Of a DNA stretch of 64,000 nt, positions 25,151 to 39,463 are shown piece by piece. Position 1 is the first letter of the stretch. Each line of letters begins with the position of its first letter. Under the pieces are notes generated by a model. The model made no database searches and was not told where the DNA came from. It saw only the letters and a program-made list of their open reading frames with translations. The position numbers and the translations under genes were made by a program. Source of the stretch: Perna viridis (Eukaryota); the NCBI GenBank assembly GCA_037379345.1, contig CM074522.1, forward strand, positions 21,886,001 through 21,950,000, written 5' to 3'.

Positions 25151-25910
25151 ACACTGTAACTTGAGAACTTCTAATGCAAACAACTTCAGACTTTACACAC
25201 ACTGTGACTTGAGAACCTCTAATACAAACAACTTCAGACTTTACACACACTGACTTGAGAACTTTTAATACAAACAACTTCAGACTTTACACACACTGTT
25301 ACTTGAGAACCTCTAATACAATCAACTTCAGACTTTACACACACTGACTTGAGAACTTTTAATACAAACAACTTCAGACTTTACACACACTGTGACGTGA
25401 GGACCTCTAATACAAACAACTTCAGACTTTACACACACTGTGACTTGAGAACCTCTAATACAAACAACTTCAGACTTTACACACACTGTGACTTGAGAAC
25501 CTCTAATACAAACAACTTCAGACTTTACACACACTAACTTGAGAACTTTTAATACAAACAACTTCAGACTTTACACACACTGTGACTTGAGAACCTCTAA
25601 TACAAACAACTTCAGACTTTACACACACTGTGACTTGAGAACCTCTAATACAAACAACTTCAGACTTTACACACACTGTGACTTGAGAACCTCTAATACA
25701 AACAACTTCAGACTTTACACACACTGTGACTTGAGAACCTCTAATACAAACAACTTCAGACTTTACACACACTGACTTGAGAACCTCTAATACAAACAAC
25801 TTCAGACTTTACACACACTGACTTGAGAACGTTTAATACAAACAACTTCAGACTTTACACACACTTTGACTTGAGAACCTCTAATACAAACAACTTTAAA
25901 TTTTACACAA
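25151..25910. repeat. 48-bp (variant 46-bp) minisatellite x~16
   Basis: Unit acttcagactttacacacactgtgacttgagaacctctaatacaaaca. It produces the periodic ORFs at 25014-26023. Confidence 0.95.
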
Positions 25911-27181
25911 TTATATGTTACAGTCACATCTGCCCCAACGGTCACCTCAAATCTACTATCACCTTCATTGAATGGCCACTTTCGATCCCACCAAATTGTA
26001 TCCCCTATACCGGGTAAATTCATTCAGCAGCCACCTCCCTTACATGGTCAGCAGTCACCCATTTCTGTCCAAAAAAGACATTTTGTTTGTTTATAACAGC
26101 CATCTTTGATAACTACATTTGAAATTGATTTAAATCTACAATTTGTTCACCATAAATGCCTAAGAATTTCAAAAAAGTATTACAGTTGCCTAAGTGGTCA
26201 ATGAATTATCAATCGGTTGGCCTGATTCATCTTTCTAACAAAAAACACACTTGTATAGTTAAAGGAATTGTCTAAAGGTTTTGAAATCCACTCACTGATA
26301 GATAATCACGGGCAATAGTTTTCATGTGAAGTTCATGTTAATCGAGCTTCATGTGCAATTCATGTTAACTTCACATGAAATTAACGTGATTTTCACATGA
26401 AAATCACTTAACATGACTTTCATGTTATCAGTTTACATGAATTTCATGTGAAGATTCAATTCACCTGAATTTAACATGAAATTTATCACAAAGTTTATTT
26501 GCTCAATTCAGGTGAAAATCATGTGAAATTCATTTGAAAATCAGGTGAAATAATTTTTCCTGTATACATAATTAAATAAAGTTTAAATTAGATAAAGACG
26601 GTTTGAATTTATTGACTCTTGTTGTACAACATGATCCCATAGCAATAACTTCCTTTCTTTTGCAGAATACATACAAAATAGACACATGCATGTATATCTA
26701 TTTAACTTTTCATTTTGGACTGCGAAAATTGTAGCATTTGACTAAGAGGCTTTTAAAAGGTCACCTCCTTGAGAGGTACTTTCACCATTCCCGAACAGTG
26801 ACTGCTTAATAGAGGTTGAACTGTATAATAGTCTAACAATCTATACTTTTTTTAAAAAGAAAATTCAATTTTTTATTCTAGAGTAATTTTTTTTTTCATA
26901 TTTTAATGGGATTTTTTTTTGTATTGTCACACTGCAACTCTGTCATGGAGAAGGGCATATCCTGAGTTCGTGGTGCAGCTATTTTTTAAATTTTGCAATA
27001 CTGCAATTGTAAATGATGCACTTAAGATGAGAAGTGGCAATCACTGCAAATCTCTCATGAGGATATGAAAGGTTTGAAATTTTATGGTCCTAGAAACCTG
27101 TGAGTTTTGTCCCTCCACAATTTTTTTGAATATGAGAATTTTTTTTTTTTAATGAAAGAATTCTTCCTGTCATGTTACGGA

Positions 27182-27310
27182 ACCTTTAAAAGTAGAAAAG
27201 GGGGGATATGTGTACATGTATCATACCTTTAAAAGTAGAAAAGGGGGGATATGTGTACATGTATCATACCTTTAAAAGTAGAAAAGGGGGGATATGTGTA
27301 CATGTATCAT
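27182..27310. repeat. Perfect 43-bp tandem triplication
   Basis: acctttaaaagtagaaaaggggggatatgtgtacatgtatcat x3. Confidence 0.92.
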
Positions 27311-27346
27311 ATGCTTCTATTCAGTCATGTATTATCTTTCTTTCAG

Positions 27347-27559
27347 TTAAGGAATGCCATTCAGGGCAGAATTGATGAAGAAGAAGCAGAAAAACAAAGA
27401 GAGTTAGAATCGGAGGACAAAGAATATGACCCCCAACAACTGGAAATAGAATCAATGCCCCACCCCAGTGACTATCTCCTGAGCCACAAAAATCTAACAG
27501 ACTTTGAGTACCCAATAGTACAAGTCTCCCCTCCACAGGATTCTGATAGTAATGTGTGA
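27347..27559 (+). CDS. CLCN2: ClC-2-like terminal coding exon (LRNAIQG...SPPQDSDSNV*)
   Basis: ctttcag acceptor. LR.AI.G closes CBS2. TGA at 27557-27559. Confidence 0.92.
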   Translation, partial: LRNAIQGRIDEEEAEKQRELESEDKEYDPQQLEIESMPHPSDYLLSHKNLTDFEYPIVQVSPPQDSDSNV

Positions 27560-30500
27560 TATTGGAGTGTAAAATATGATAGCAGATATGTGATATTGGT
27601 GTGCCAATGAGATATCTCAAAATTTATGTGACTGAGATATCACGAATTTGTTTACTGAGATATCTCAAATAATAATGAGTGGAATATCTCAAATTATGTG
27701 GGATTGACATATCTCAAATATCTCTGAGACGTCTCAGAATTATTGTTATTGTAAGATACTGTAGATAATGAATGAAAAAGATAAGATCTCCAATAATATA
27801 ACTGACTAAGATACCACTAGTCATGTGTGACTTTGAGATATATCAATTTGATTGTATGGCTAAGATACTTTAGATTATGTGTTACTGTCACAAATATATG
27901 TCAACTATATGTGACTTTGAGGTTTTGTTAACAATGATATATGATTTTGGAGTCTCAGTATGAGGTATCAAAAATGGTAATGTGACTGTATTTTAGGTGA
28001 CACATGTATGTAATTTGGTTATTGGAAACAAGTGCTGATATCATGAAGACTGTTATATCATATTTGTTAAGTGCATGAGATATTACATATCTCACTAATT
28101 ATATTAGATGTAGAATACATCATGTGTCACCACAATGGGGAAATATTGATCTGATGTTAGTTGGCATCTGCTGGAAAAATGTACTGAAGTTAATGTCTTT
28201 GTGTATGTTATGTACCTACACATGTGTACACAAATGTACTATAAGCATATGTGTGGGAAATTATTGAGTAGTAGTTTTGTCTTTCAATTTTATTTACACA
28301 TCTTCATAATTGAGACTGTATTATGATGATTAAGACATTAGTATAGTGGTTGTGGATTTTTTATTATCTCCCTTTGAAACTAGTTCAATAGGTTCATCCT
28401 TTTCATTCAGCAAGTTGTTGGTATATCGGAAATACATTAGTCGATCAGTTCGTCATTCCATCTAAATGAATTTGTTCACGATTATCTTGACTCCCTATGG
28501 ATAGTTCGGTTTCAAAGGTTGGTATGTGGCTTTATACAGACAAGGCATATTTTACCCCTGATTTTGGTTGATGTCTGATATCAACTTCCTGTTGTGTGTG
28601 ACTCAGCAATTTTTCACTCTATGGAATGATTTTGAAAAAAATTTTGTCAAAAACATCTTGGCTATCATTGGACTCCACAAAATCAATCTGATTTCAAGTA
28701 TGGTATTTGGCATTGTAGAGATAGGGCATACATTATAAGAGATTTGGTTTGCTGTCAGTTATCAACTTTCTGATACTGTTGTAGATGGAATTGCCATATG
28801 AGTGATTGTATACCATGAACTTCATATTTTATAATTGTCAGTATAAGAATGCAAGATCTCATTCTCTGGGAATTTTTTTAGGGGACCACTACCTGTTTTA
28901 TGTTATTCATTATACATGTATATAAACTGTTTTATAATTAGAAAATTGCTATGCAATTGGAATTTGGATGCCTTTGTGTGTTGGAGGGAAAAAAGTTCAT
29001 TTAGGAATTTCCTAGAACTTCAACATGATTTTACATAAATATGCGTTATTGCATAGGTGAGGGTATACCCTCCTTCCCTTTGAGTCCAGGGATGAGTGAT
29101 GGTGAGTCCAGCATGCAATTAACAACTCTGTGTCAAAGTCCAATTTAAGAAATCTCCTGTGTCCGGTCCTCGCATGTGGGAGTACTGCTTACATCACTGT
29201 GAATACAGGCTGAATCCCATGTACAGAAAGGGTTGATTAAAATGTGGTTTCAAAATAAATCTTTCAAATTTTCGATTTTGACAATTTCTGCTTTTTTGGT
29301 TGGCTCCATAAACCATGTCTGTGTTTTTAAAACAAGATTGATATAACAGCAACAGAAAAATATAAGGGCATTTTCTTAAAGATAGTTGTCCAACATAGAA
29401 CAACAGAAAGGTGAAAATTTATAAGCTGTAGTGTACATATTATACAATACTATTTAACAAAGAATTAGGTAAATAGTAATCTTAATTGTTAAATCAGGGG
29501 AAAGACTTTGGTTTTTTGTAGGAGCCTAACTTGCAATAAATGAGAATTTACTGGGTATTTTGTGTACTTTTTTTTTTAAATTTAATTCAGATTTTAGATT
29601 TTCTGAGGTTTAAGGGGCATTTTGAAGCAGATGGCAAACCAAAACAGGATGCATTCTCAATTTGAAGGTCTCTTAATATCGATAACATGAAATCTAAGTG
29701 GTTATAGAAACACATTACAGAGGTTTATTGATTATACTGATAAAATGACATTTATTTTTTATACTGGTGAAATTATACATGAAAGATTAAAAGATAAAAA
29801 TTGTTCTTAATTCTCAGGAACTAGTTCTGTGGATGCATTTGATCTTTACATTTAAATTTAAGGGCATTGAAGTTCAAAAATTATAAAGAACAAATTTCTA
29901 TGACTGTCATATGCACAGGCAAAATTATTTTACATGATTTTCACACAAATTTCACATGATTTTCACCTCAATTGAGCAAATAAACTTTGTGATAAAGTTC
30001 ACATGAAATTCAGGTGAATCGAGCCTTCACGTGAAAATCACATGAAATGTTCACATGAGTCGTGTTAAGTGAATTTCACATAAAAATCATGTTATTTTCA
30101 TGTGAAGTTCATATGAATTTCATGTGAAGCTTAATTAACATGAACTTCACATGAAAAATATTTGCCTGTGTAACTGTATTTATATATCCAAGGAGTTTTT
30201 GTTGTACATAGTTTCCTACTGTTGTATTTATGTTTGATATTTTGTTAATGTTTTTATCGATCATGACATTGTTTTTACAAGAGAACTAGAAGTTCGCTGT
30301 ATATATTTTTTTAGATAATGAAATGTATATACATTTGTTTACACAGGAAATTGTTAAGATTTATAACCATGTTATGCCTGATCTACAAATTTTGAGGTAT
30401 CAATTTTTTTTTGTCTTGTGTTTTTTTGGTTTTTTTTTTCATTATATTATGTCCATTTTCCTGTTTGCCTGTTGACCGTTCCACTTCCATAACTAATTTC

Positions 30501-31575
30501 TACTTGACCAAATAATTTAATTTGATTGTTTATTTATCATTTTGGAAAGATAGGGTATTTTCCATAAACTAACTTGGTACTGTGACATCATTAATATCGA
30601 TCATTCTGCGGTCCACAATTCAAATAATTCCTAATTACATAAGGCTTTAATGAAGGGACAAATCTTAATTTTGACTTGAATTGATTAGGAATTAAATTAT
30701 AAGTATTGTTAATTATAAGTATTGTTTTTTTTTTGGACCAAGTTATGCTTGCATAACCAAACTTTGGGACAATTAATGCTTGTTCATAAACCAATTTACT
30801 GTTCATGAAGTGTAAACTGCCTGAAAGATGGTTCTTTTGAATAATCTGGTCAAAAATTAAAAAAAAACAATACTTAAGTACTTCTCCGTCTTAGAATCGG
30901 GCAAATGTATATAAGGTGTGGCTCATGAAGGAAAAACACGCAGAGATTTTATTGCATTAACCAAATAATTATACCTGCATGATAACTACCAGAAATAACC
31001 ACCAAAGTGTTTGTTAAATTTGCCTTTTTAAGATATTGATAGGTTAAATTTAGTTGAAATGCACTACAGAAAAATGGCAGGAAAATTTTCCTGCACTCTT
31101 TCCCTATATAAGCAGTCAAAAAATATCTATGTCACAGATGTTTCAGGATAAAGTTAAATAGGTTTTTGTTTGTTTTCTAGATGTGCAGAGTATAATTTAG
31201 GCAAAAATGACGAAATTCAGGAAAATGATGTGCCACTCGTTGCCTGAATCTTACACAGAATGGTACTAAAATGGTTCACTCCTAGTAATATACATGTAGT
31301 TAATTTCAGTGGATAGAGTTGGTCTTCCCTTGATTGACTGACAATAACCTGATGTTAACTGGACAACTAGGAGATTTTAACTTTCTATCATTTCATCGTT
31401 TTTTTATTCTAAGTTTTAAAGAAAATTTAAATCTATTTGTCAATTCTCTAGTTAAGTACATTAGGTAGTTCATTAGGTGTCATTTTATTAAAGAAGACAA
31501 ATTCTGTCACCTGATTCTAACTGTGTTTCTCACTGTAATATTTTATAATATGGCTTTGGCATTGTGACTTGATAA

Positions 31576-31787
31576 GGAGGTAGACCTAGGGTAAGGAATA
31601 TAACTCTTAATATCAGTGATATGTTTTTATCATATTCAATTTCACCACCGCCTTTCAAGCATTTCTTTGAAACAGAATGAAATCAGTTCAAGTTACTTTG
31701 ATGCTTACATTAGATTAATGTAAAATGGTGAATACAAACGTTCCAATGATTTGTAAGAGTTGTGTCCCTTACTCTAGGTCTACCTCC
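31576..31787. mobile_element. MITE family A, copy 3
   Basis: Same TIRs and interior, degenerate TTAA flanks (ataa/ctaa). Confidence 0.88.
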
Positions 31788-32342
31788 CTAAGTATCTTTT
31801 AAGTTTACATAAAAAGTTACCAGCATGATTACTCTACAAATTAGAATTTATTTTTTGTATTTTTTAAACCCACCACAATGTTGTTCTTCTGTATAGTTGA
31901 ATTGACATGCATTGTAGTTCTGTAGAAACTGGTTGTCAAGTTATGGTTAGGATGGTAGTGTTAAACTACATGTTTATACTGTAAACGTACTAATTTTCAC
32001 AGTGTGCTAATTTTCGCTATTTTCTTGGTGGACGGAAAATCATGAAAATAATACACGCAAAAATGTTTTTTAACACTATGTTACACCAATTATTTTTTGA
32101 AACCACAAAAATTGATACCTGCAAATATGTTCACGACAGAATCCGTGAAAATTAGCAACGGTGAATTAATACGTTTCCAGTAATGGATCATTTAATTAAA
32201 GTATGTAGGAGGACTGAAATAATTTTCATTTTTTTCAATTCTTTCACATAGAAAGTCAGTGGCTGATCTAGAAATTCCAAAAGGTGAAAGGGGAGCTTCT
32301 GACTGGCAAAATAAGGGCCTACTCAAGTGATTTTCTCTTTAA

Positions 32343-32644
32343 GTGTAAGTATTTGTAAGAATCAGGCAAAAGGGAAAAATAAGAAACATACATGTTAAAA
32401 ACCCACCAGTCTGATCGTATAGTTTGATTGCTGCATCTCTGGACTTGTTGAGAATGTGAGAAAAATGAGGTTTTTTTTACAGTTATCTGCTCTTGAAATG
32501 TTCATTTCCATTACATTTCAATGAAATTATAACTCAATTTACCTGAACTTGATTCTGATGGTACAAATAGTCAAATTAAGCTTCCAAAATGGTGTTTTTA
32601 CCATACTTTGATTTACCCACTGCCTGATTCTTACAGACTGACAC
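32343..32644. mobile_element. TTAA-flanked MITE related to families B and C
   Basis: TTAA|GTGT...tgtaagaatcaggca...tgcctgattcttaca...ACAC|TTAA. An isolated matching end lies at ~20293-20324. Confidence 0.7.
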
Positions 32645-35600
32645 TTAATTAACCAATTAGCCTATATAGATAAAACAGCATAGTTTTAAAAAAAAACCCA
32701 GAAAAATAGAATAGATTCTGCTTGTTTTAACCAAAAATATCTGTACCCAATTCTTTATCAAAATGACTTAACTTTGCCACTGGCAGATATCGTTATTTTT
32801 AATGTGTTCATTTACAATAATGTTTTATTGATATTAATTAAAAAAATGATATTGTTCATTTTAAGGCAATTGTACATGTTTTCATGGTCATGATAAAATA
32901 TTTTGAAGCAATCTTTCATTGTAAATTTCATCAGAAAAGAAATATAAAGTACTGTAATATCAAACACAAACCATTAAAATACTGCTACATACGTACTACA
33001 TGTAGTAATAATCATGTTTATGACTGCTTAAAATAAATCTTACCCATTTTTAGAACACATTAATGTTGAAATACATTTAGCTTTTAAAATATACAATAGT
33101 TATACATGGACTATATGCATTCAGTAGTGAGAAATTGTAGTCCAAAATTTTCTGATCAAAATTGTGATAAAATAGTCAACTAAGACATTGACCTCTTTTC
33201 CATTGTGTATTGTACTTCAAATATTTTTGAGTGTCAGGTTTTATGGTTTGTTCAAATTTTGTTTATTATTAAAACTTCAAATAAGTTTATTTCAGTGAAA
33301 GTTTCATTTTTCTATGCAAATTTTAATTTGTTGTTCGACTAACCCACTAAAACAATGACAATTGGTATCGAACAACAAAAACTGCCTTCATGGTTTAACC
33401 TCAAGCTTTCTAATAGCTTGGGAGAGAATTATGTGTTCATATGGTTAAGACAAGCTGCAGAGTGGATTTTTTTTTCTTTTTCTGTTTTACAGTACTTTCA
33501 AACTATACAAGGGAGTAAATATAAATACATGTACTGGTATTTTTTTTTCATTCGTTATGATTGTAATACATTGATGGCTGCTTTGTGAGCTCTTTGATAT
33601 GGAATTTTATCACTTAATAAACTGGTAAAAATCTTACAGTGTTATATTTAAAGAGCAACCAATTCATTTTTACTCAGGAACTGGTTCCCTGAGTTCAGCA
33701 GTTAAAAAGATTCAATGTCTAAGGTGTCATTTTTTTAATATGAAATGCTGAGCAGAAAATTACTAGTATGTGTAGTTTGGTTTCTTAGTTACCAATACCT
33801 CAGTACTTTGTTTTTAGACCCCTGGAAAACAAACTTCTGCAGGTATAAAGGAATCATTCAATCTATGTGTATCCCTGTCCGCCTATCTTGTAAGTGTCCC
33901 TGATACTCCTCTTGAACTGCTCATTGACTCTTATTACTCAACCTATTGCAAATCACTTCGCGTCCGTCGTCGTTAACAATTTTTCATAACTCTTCTCCTC
34001 TGACACTACTTGACCAATTGGAGCCAAACTTGGTATGAATGTTCCTTAGGGTATTGTGCATAGAAAGAGTGATCAAGGGAACCAAGGCTATAGCGGTAAT
34101 CAAAAGAATGTAATCCAGGGACAAAGACCAGACATGGAAAACAGACATACACAACAAAGAACATAAAGTAACTAAAATGGTGCATACAAAGTAACAAAAG
34201 TAAATGAGCAACTCGGACTCCACTAAAAACGGAGCATGGACCAGGTGCACCAGTAGGGTAAGCGTACTCTGCTTTTCTAGAAGGGGGGATTAACATAATC
34301 TTTGTTCCCTTGATTTCTCTTTTAAACTTAAAATTGTATTTCCTTAAATAAATGAGAATATGATACAGATAGGAAAATATAACTTTAACCTGATCTAACA
34401 CCTCACAATTAAGAAAATACAGTAAAAATATTCATATAAAAGACCGGAAACACAGTTTTAATTTGAATACACTGGGGAAAATAGCAGATACTATAATTAA
34501 ATAGCAGTATTTCTAAAAATCAGACAGGTGATTCATGCATGTCAAAAACCCACCTAATTCACTTCTAATTCTTGTTCAGAGACAATTACTGATCACATAA
34601 CCAGTCTTAGTTTTTCATTTGGTTGTTGCACTTTTGAGAAAAAAAAATATATAGATTGTACATGAAATTGACACTTTGCAAGAGTTATTGTTCTTGATTT
34701 GGCTACATTTGGTTGATTTTAGTGGGAGATGAATGTATGATTTTCTAAAAAGTGCAGATCTGAATGCAGAAAAGCTTATCGTTATGTGAAAGTTTAGCAT
34801 GTGTAGACTGAAAAAGCATCGTTTGTTTGGTGGGTTTTTCTTCACCATGAATCACTTTACCATTAGCAGTGTCTGAATTTCTTATGGACTGGTACTTAAA
34901 TATATGCTCCTCTCTCAGTTATAGCCAATATAGTGGTTATGTTCATTGAGAAATGGAAAAATCTCCCTTCAACTGTCCAATCAACTACCTAAGAAAGTTG
35001 AATCAGGTTAATCTCATGAACATCGATCATTTTATGTGCTGTAAATACTACCAAATATAGAGCTAACAAAAATACAGTAAGTAAATGTTTTTTTTCCATA
35101 TGCTTATATATATATAGACAAACGTTAAGATATCATTATATTATATCAGCTGTGTAGTATTTCCAACTATTGTACAACTAATACGTAACCTAGAAAGCAT
35201 TCAAATGTAGCTGAAACTGTCTTCAGAATGAGTGTAAATGAGCATGCATTTGATATTGTAAGAAAAGGGCCATCGACTGAAAGGTAATTAGTTGTGTTGA
35301 ATAATCTATGAACATCTTTAAAATCTTGATATCTTAGTACAACAAATAATCAAAGTGCTGTTAGCACTGGAGACTTTTGGTTCTTGTAAAAATGGTAGCA
35401 AGATTATAAATATGATGTAAAATAAAACTGTCACCTTAAATTTGCATTTCCCACATAAATAAGAATTTTTTTCTTAGTCTTTAAACTGAGTTTTAATATT
35501 TAATACTGATTTCAGAATCAATTTACGAATTTTGTTTCATTTCACCTTTTGTACAAATTGTTTAGATCTGCACAAAAATTAATTTGTAATTATAATCAAA

Positions 35601-36580
35601 ATATTTATTCCTAAACTGTAATTTTCTTCTGAAAGGTGGGGGGGTCTTGGATTTAATTTATGTTGAGTAAGTTTTTTGCAGCAGCAGCAGCAGTAAAATA
35701 TTAAATATAAATATACCTGTATTCTGGTGCAAAAGGATCATCAATTTATTGGCGCAATTTAACTAAGAAAATCGAGAAGTAGACTGGCGCAAGAGGCCTT
35801 CTTTTTGGCGCAAAAGCAAAACGCACTCGAGAAGGAGAGAGACGAAAAAACTGGGAATTATTATTATTATAAACAGCATTAAATAGCAAGCGGGCGTGTC
35901 TGAGAACACACATAATAACTCAAATATGGAAAAAAAATTATTAATGATATTTTTTGGTGACTAAAAAAATCCTGGTCCCAAGGGCCTGTGGTTTCGCCCA
36001 CTCGACCACCTCGGCCAAAGTTATCTCGGCCACAGTTTATTTCGTCCGTACATTTTTTCGGCCACGAAAATTTTACCCATCCCATTGATATATCCTGACA
36101 ATGAAAAACTGATATATATATAATGCATTTATGTAACCCATTCATGTTATCTGTATCTATATATCACAGCAGGATGTCATTGTATCTAAAGACATCATTT
36201 CATCTCAGACGGTTAATTGAATCTCTTCCTGCATATCAAACTGGCATCTGTTGATGTGTTAATCTTTATTTACTTTGATAATTTTAAGAATGGTTTAATT
36301 GATGTTAAATCAATAACAATGTGTGAATATATAGGTCATTGATATATTCCATATGTAGGTGTCAACACCTATTACACATACTAACCATTCATTCATTCAT
36401 TCTTTCATCCCTCAAAATAGAGATTACATGAATTACAATTACATAATTACAAATTAATTAAGACACAAATAGGAAATATTAAATAATAATAATAATAATG
36501 AATTGTATTACTAATTCATATCTATATACAAGTAAAGTGAGCAAGATATGTTCGTGTACTGGTGACATTACATGCATTAG

Positions 36581-39463
36581 CTACAAAAATGTATTGCAAC
36601 AACGTAAGCATATTAAATATTCGCCTGTTGACTTTACAATATGGATGTAGCAGAGTCGTCTGAATTCATCTATATCGGAATCACAGAGTTCAGTGGAAGT
36701 TTTTCTACAGAGGAGAATTCGGACAAGCGATTCATCATCATACTCGCTTAGTTCTACGTACAGCTCTAGAGGGAAATGTTCAATTATAAGGTCCATCAAT
36801 ACATTAAACAACGCTGAAGTACTTGTACAGTTTTGGGTATCATGGACAAGCATATCGGTGAGTATTTGATCACATAATTTACATGATTGTTCGATTAGGT
36901 TTGGTACAGAGGAAATATATTTAGCAATAATGTGAGCGGTACGCAAATCAAAGCAGTTTGTAAGGTACTTTCAGATGTCAGCAACAGCAATTGAGTTCAA
37001 TCCCTAAATGCACATGGCTTTCTAAAATTAGAATTATTTTCTGGCTAACTATCCAGTTTAAGTATGATTTTACGAAGGATTTAGAAAATTGTATCACACA
37101 CGATTTCTTGCCATTGAACTGAAACCGCCACTTATTCGCATAGTCGGTGCATACATCAAGCATTCGTTGTAATGCTTTAGGTGTTGTAGCAATGCATGTA
37201 ATATCGTCAGCAAGCGAAGGGGTACAACATTTTATACTATTTACATCTGTTACCTGATTATAATTACACAGCTCATTGATTAAATCACTAATAAACATAA
37301 GGTATAAAAAACCAGATAACACACCACCTTGCCTTACACTTTCATTTACTTCAAAATACTTCGATTTGCTTTGATTTACAATAACCGAACTTTGTGTATT
37401 ACTATATAACATATTTATACAGGACCAAGCTTTACCTTTAACACCTAAGTTACAAAGTTTGACCATAAGTGCTTTGCACCATACTGTATCCAATGCTTTT
37501 CTACTGTCTAGGAATGCGGCAAATACTTTACTGTGTTGTTCAATGTTATTATAAAATGTTTCAAGAAGACAAAAGGACGCAGTCAGACAACCTAGACCTT
37601 TCTGAAACCCGTGTTGCAGTGGACTTAGAAACGTTCCTGGTTTTATCACAAATGTTTGTATACGATGGAGTAGGAGTTTTTCAAATGTTTTCAACACACT
37701 GGACAAGAGACAAACGGGTCGGTAACTGTCAGGGTGTGACTTACGCTTGCCACCACCTTTAAATAACGGAACCAAAAGACCCTTTCGCCAATCACTGGGT
37801 ACTTCACATTTAGATATCATGGTGTTTAGAAAAACTGTGAGACATTCAATTAGTTTCGGTCCGCCAAAAATTAAATGTTCATTTTGAACCAAGTCATTTC
37901 CACTAGCTTTTCTACGTTTTAATTGTTTGATAACCGCCGCAACATCTTCGTCAGTTATGATACCACCGGGTAAGTATTGTTCTTTAACAACGTCACACAC
38001 AGTTTCAATTCACGGAATGTTGATTCGTCAAACATAGAAGTATCGGACGGTGTATATAAGTCTTTGAAGTAAATGGCAAACGCATTACAAACCGATTCGG
38101 GGGTATTATGAACAGTGTTATTAAAGTTTATCTCATGGCACACCTTTGACTGTTTTGGTTTCTGTCGCTTTATAAGTTTCCAAAACAACCTTATATCACA
38201 TTCAGCTGCATTGTTTATATCATCGTATGTCTCTTCCATATATTGATCATGAGCAAGTTGCTGTATATTCCTAAAATTACGTTTCGCTCGTTTATAATTT
38301 AAGTAAGACGGATATTGCATACCCCTTGGTCTACCATCCTGCAACCATATTTTACGCATTTCACGTTCTTTACGATGCGCTGTTTTAACGTCTGCATTCC
38401 AATACGGTTTCGTATATGGATTGAATATGCTACATGGTATTGATTCTTTTGTCGCATCAAGTATCGTAATCACCAAATCCGAATAAAAGGAATCCATGTC
38501 TTTGTCGTTGTGTTGAAGATCGTGTACAAGTCTATTTAACGGTTCACAAAGACTGTCTTGGTATTTACGCACGTGCTGATCGGTGACTTTGTGCCACGAT
38601 GGCAACTTCGAAAATTTGTTTGACTCAATATGAATATTTTCTTCTAGCACAACGGATGCAATAACGGGCAGATGATCCGATGTCGAACTGAACGTTCCTT
38701 CTTCGAGAATTTCGTATTGTCTTAACTGTCTGACTAGGTCTCTTCAAGTAAAATATAGTCTAACATGGTGTTCTTTAAGAGAAATGTAAAGTCTGGACCT
38801 TTCCGCAAAGCTTTAAAGGAGTCAGTAAATGGGTGATACAGAAAATGTCTTTTTACGAAATTTTGTAGTTCTTTCGATTTTACTGTGTTTGTAAAATTCA
38901 TGTGTTTACTGATGCAACTAGCGTTGAAGTCTCCTGCAACGATAATTTTACCATAATTAGTGTAAAACGAACACAGGTCATCAAGGGCATTTAGCTCTTG
39001 CCTATAATTATCAACTGAACTATCTGCAGGTAAGTACACGCCAAAAATAAAAATTGATCTAGAATTTTTGCATTTCACTTCAATACCTACAATTCTATCA
39101 GAGTTTGTATCTATGTTTGTTTGTTGGGGTTTAACGTCCGAGCAGCAATATTTCAGCTATATTCAGACGATGAGTTTGTATCTAAAATTTCTTTAACTGA
39201 GAACTGTAAAGTAGATTTATACATTAAAGAGATACCGTACCACCTTTTCCATGTGTACAATAGTATGGTTCATGTAGCTTGTCAGTTTTTGATATACTAC
39301 GATACCTTTTATCGATACTTTCCATATACGAAAGAAAGTTAGGTTTAAGTTTATACTCACATATTATTGCAATATCACAATTCGTATGATTAAGTACATT
39401 TGCCAAGCACACAGTGGATGACATTTTACCTCTCACATTCCATGTTAAAATGTTAAGGCTCAT
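36581..39463 (-). pseudogene. LINE ORF2 (endonuclease/reverse transcriptase), frameshifted and interrupted
   Basis: Split across ORFs 39224..39595, 38734..39078, 37955..38650, 36978..38000 and 36581..36946. Confidence 0.9.
39114..39171 (-). mobile_element. 58-bp 5'-truncated SINE tail inserted in the LINE endonuclease
   Basis: 13-bp TSD gagtttgtatcta (39101-39113 and 39172-39184). Sequence matches the 3' end of the retroposon at 16501-17010. Confidence 0.88.

Noticed and set aside
25014-26023. Repetitive ORFs (VCVKSEVVCIRGSQVT / NNFRLYTHCDLRTSNT) and a CRISPR-like look
   Set aside because: They are translations of a 48-bp intronic minisatellite. There are no unique spacers and no cas genes, and the context is eukaryotic.
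33984-34401. Hydrophobic 88-131 aa ORFs resembling membrane proteins (also 2191..2379)
   Set aside because: They coincide with a dispersed SINE-like repeat, and T-rich DNA yields F/L/I/V-rich spurious ORFs.
36978-38000. 340-aa RT ORF as a stand-alone or novel reverse transcriptase system
   Set aside because: It is a frameshift fragment of an ordinary LINE ORF2, with upstream endonuclease and a 3' microsatellite tail.
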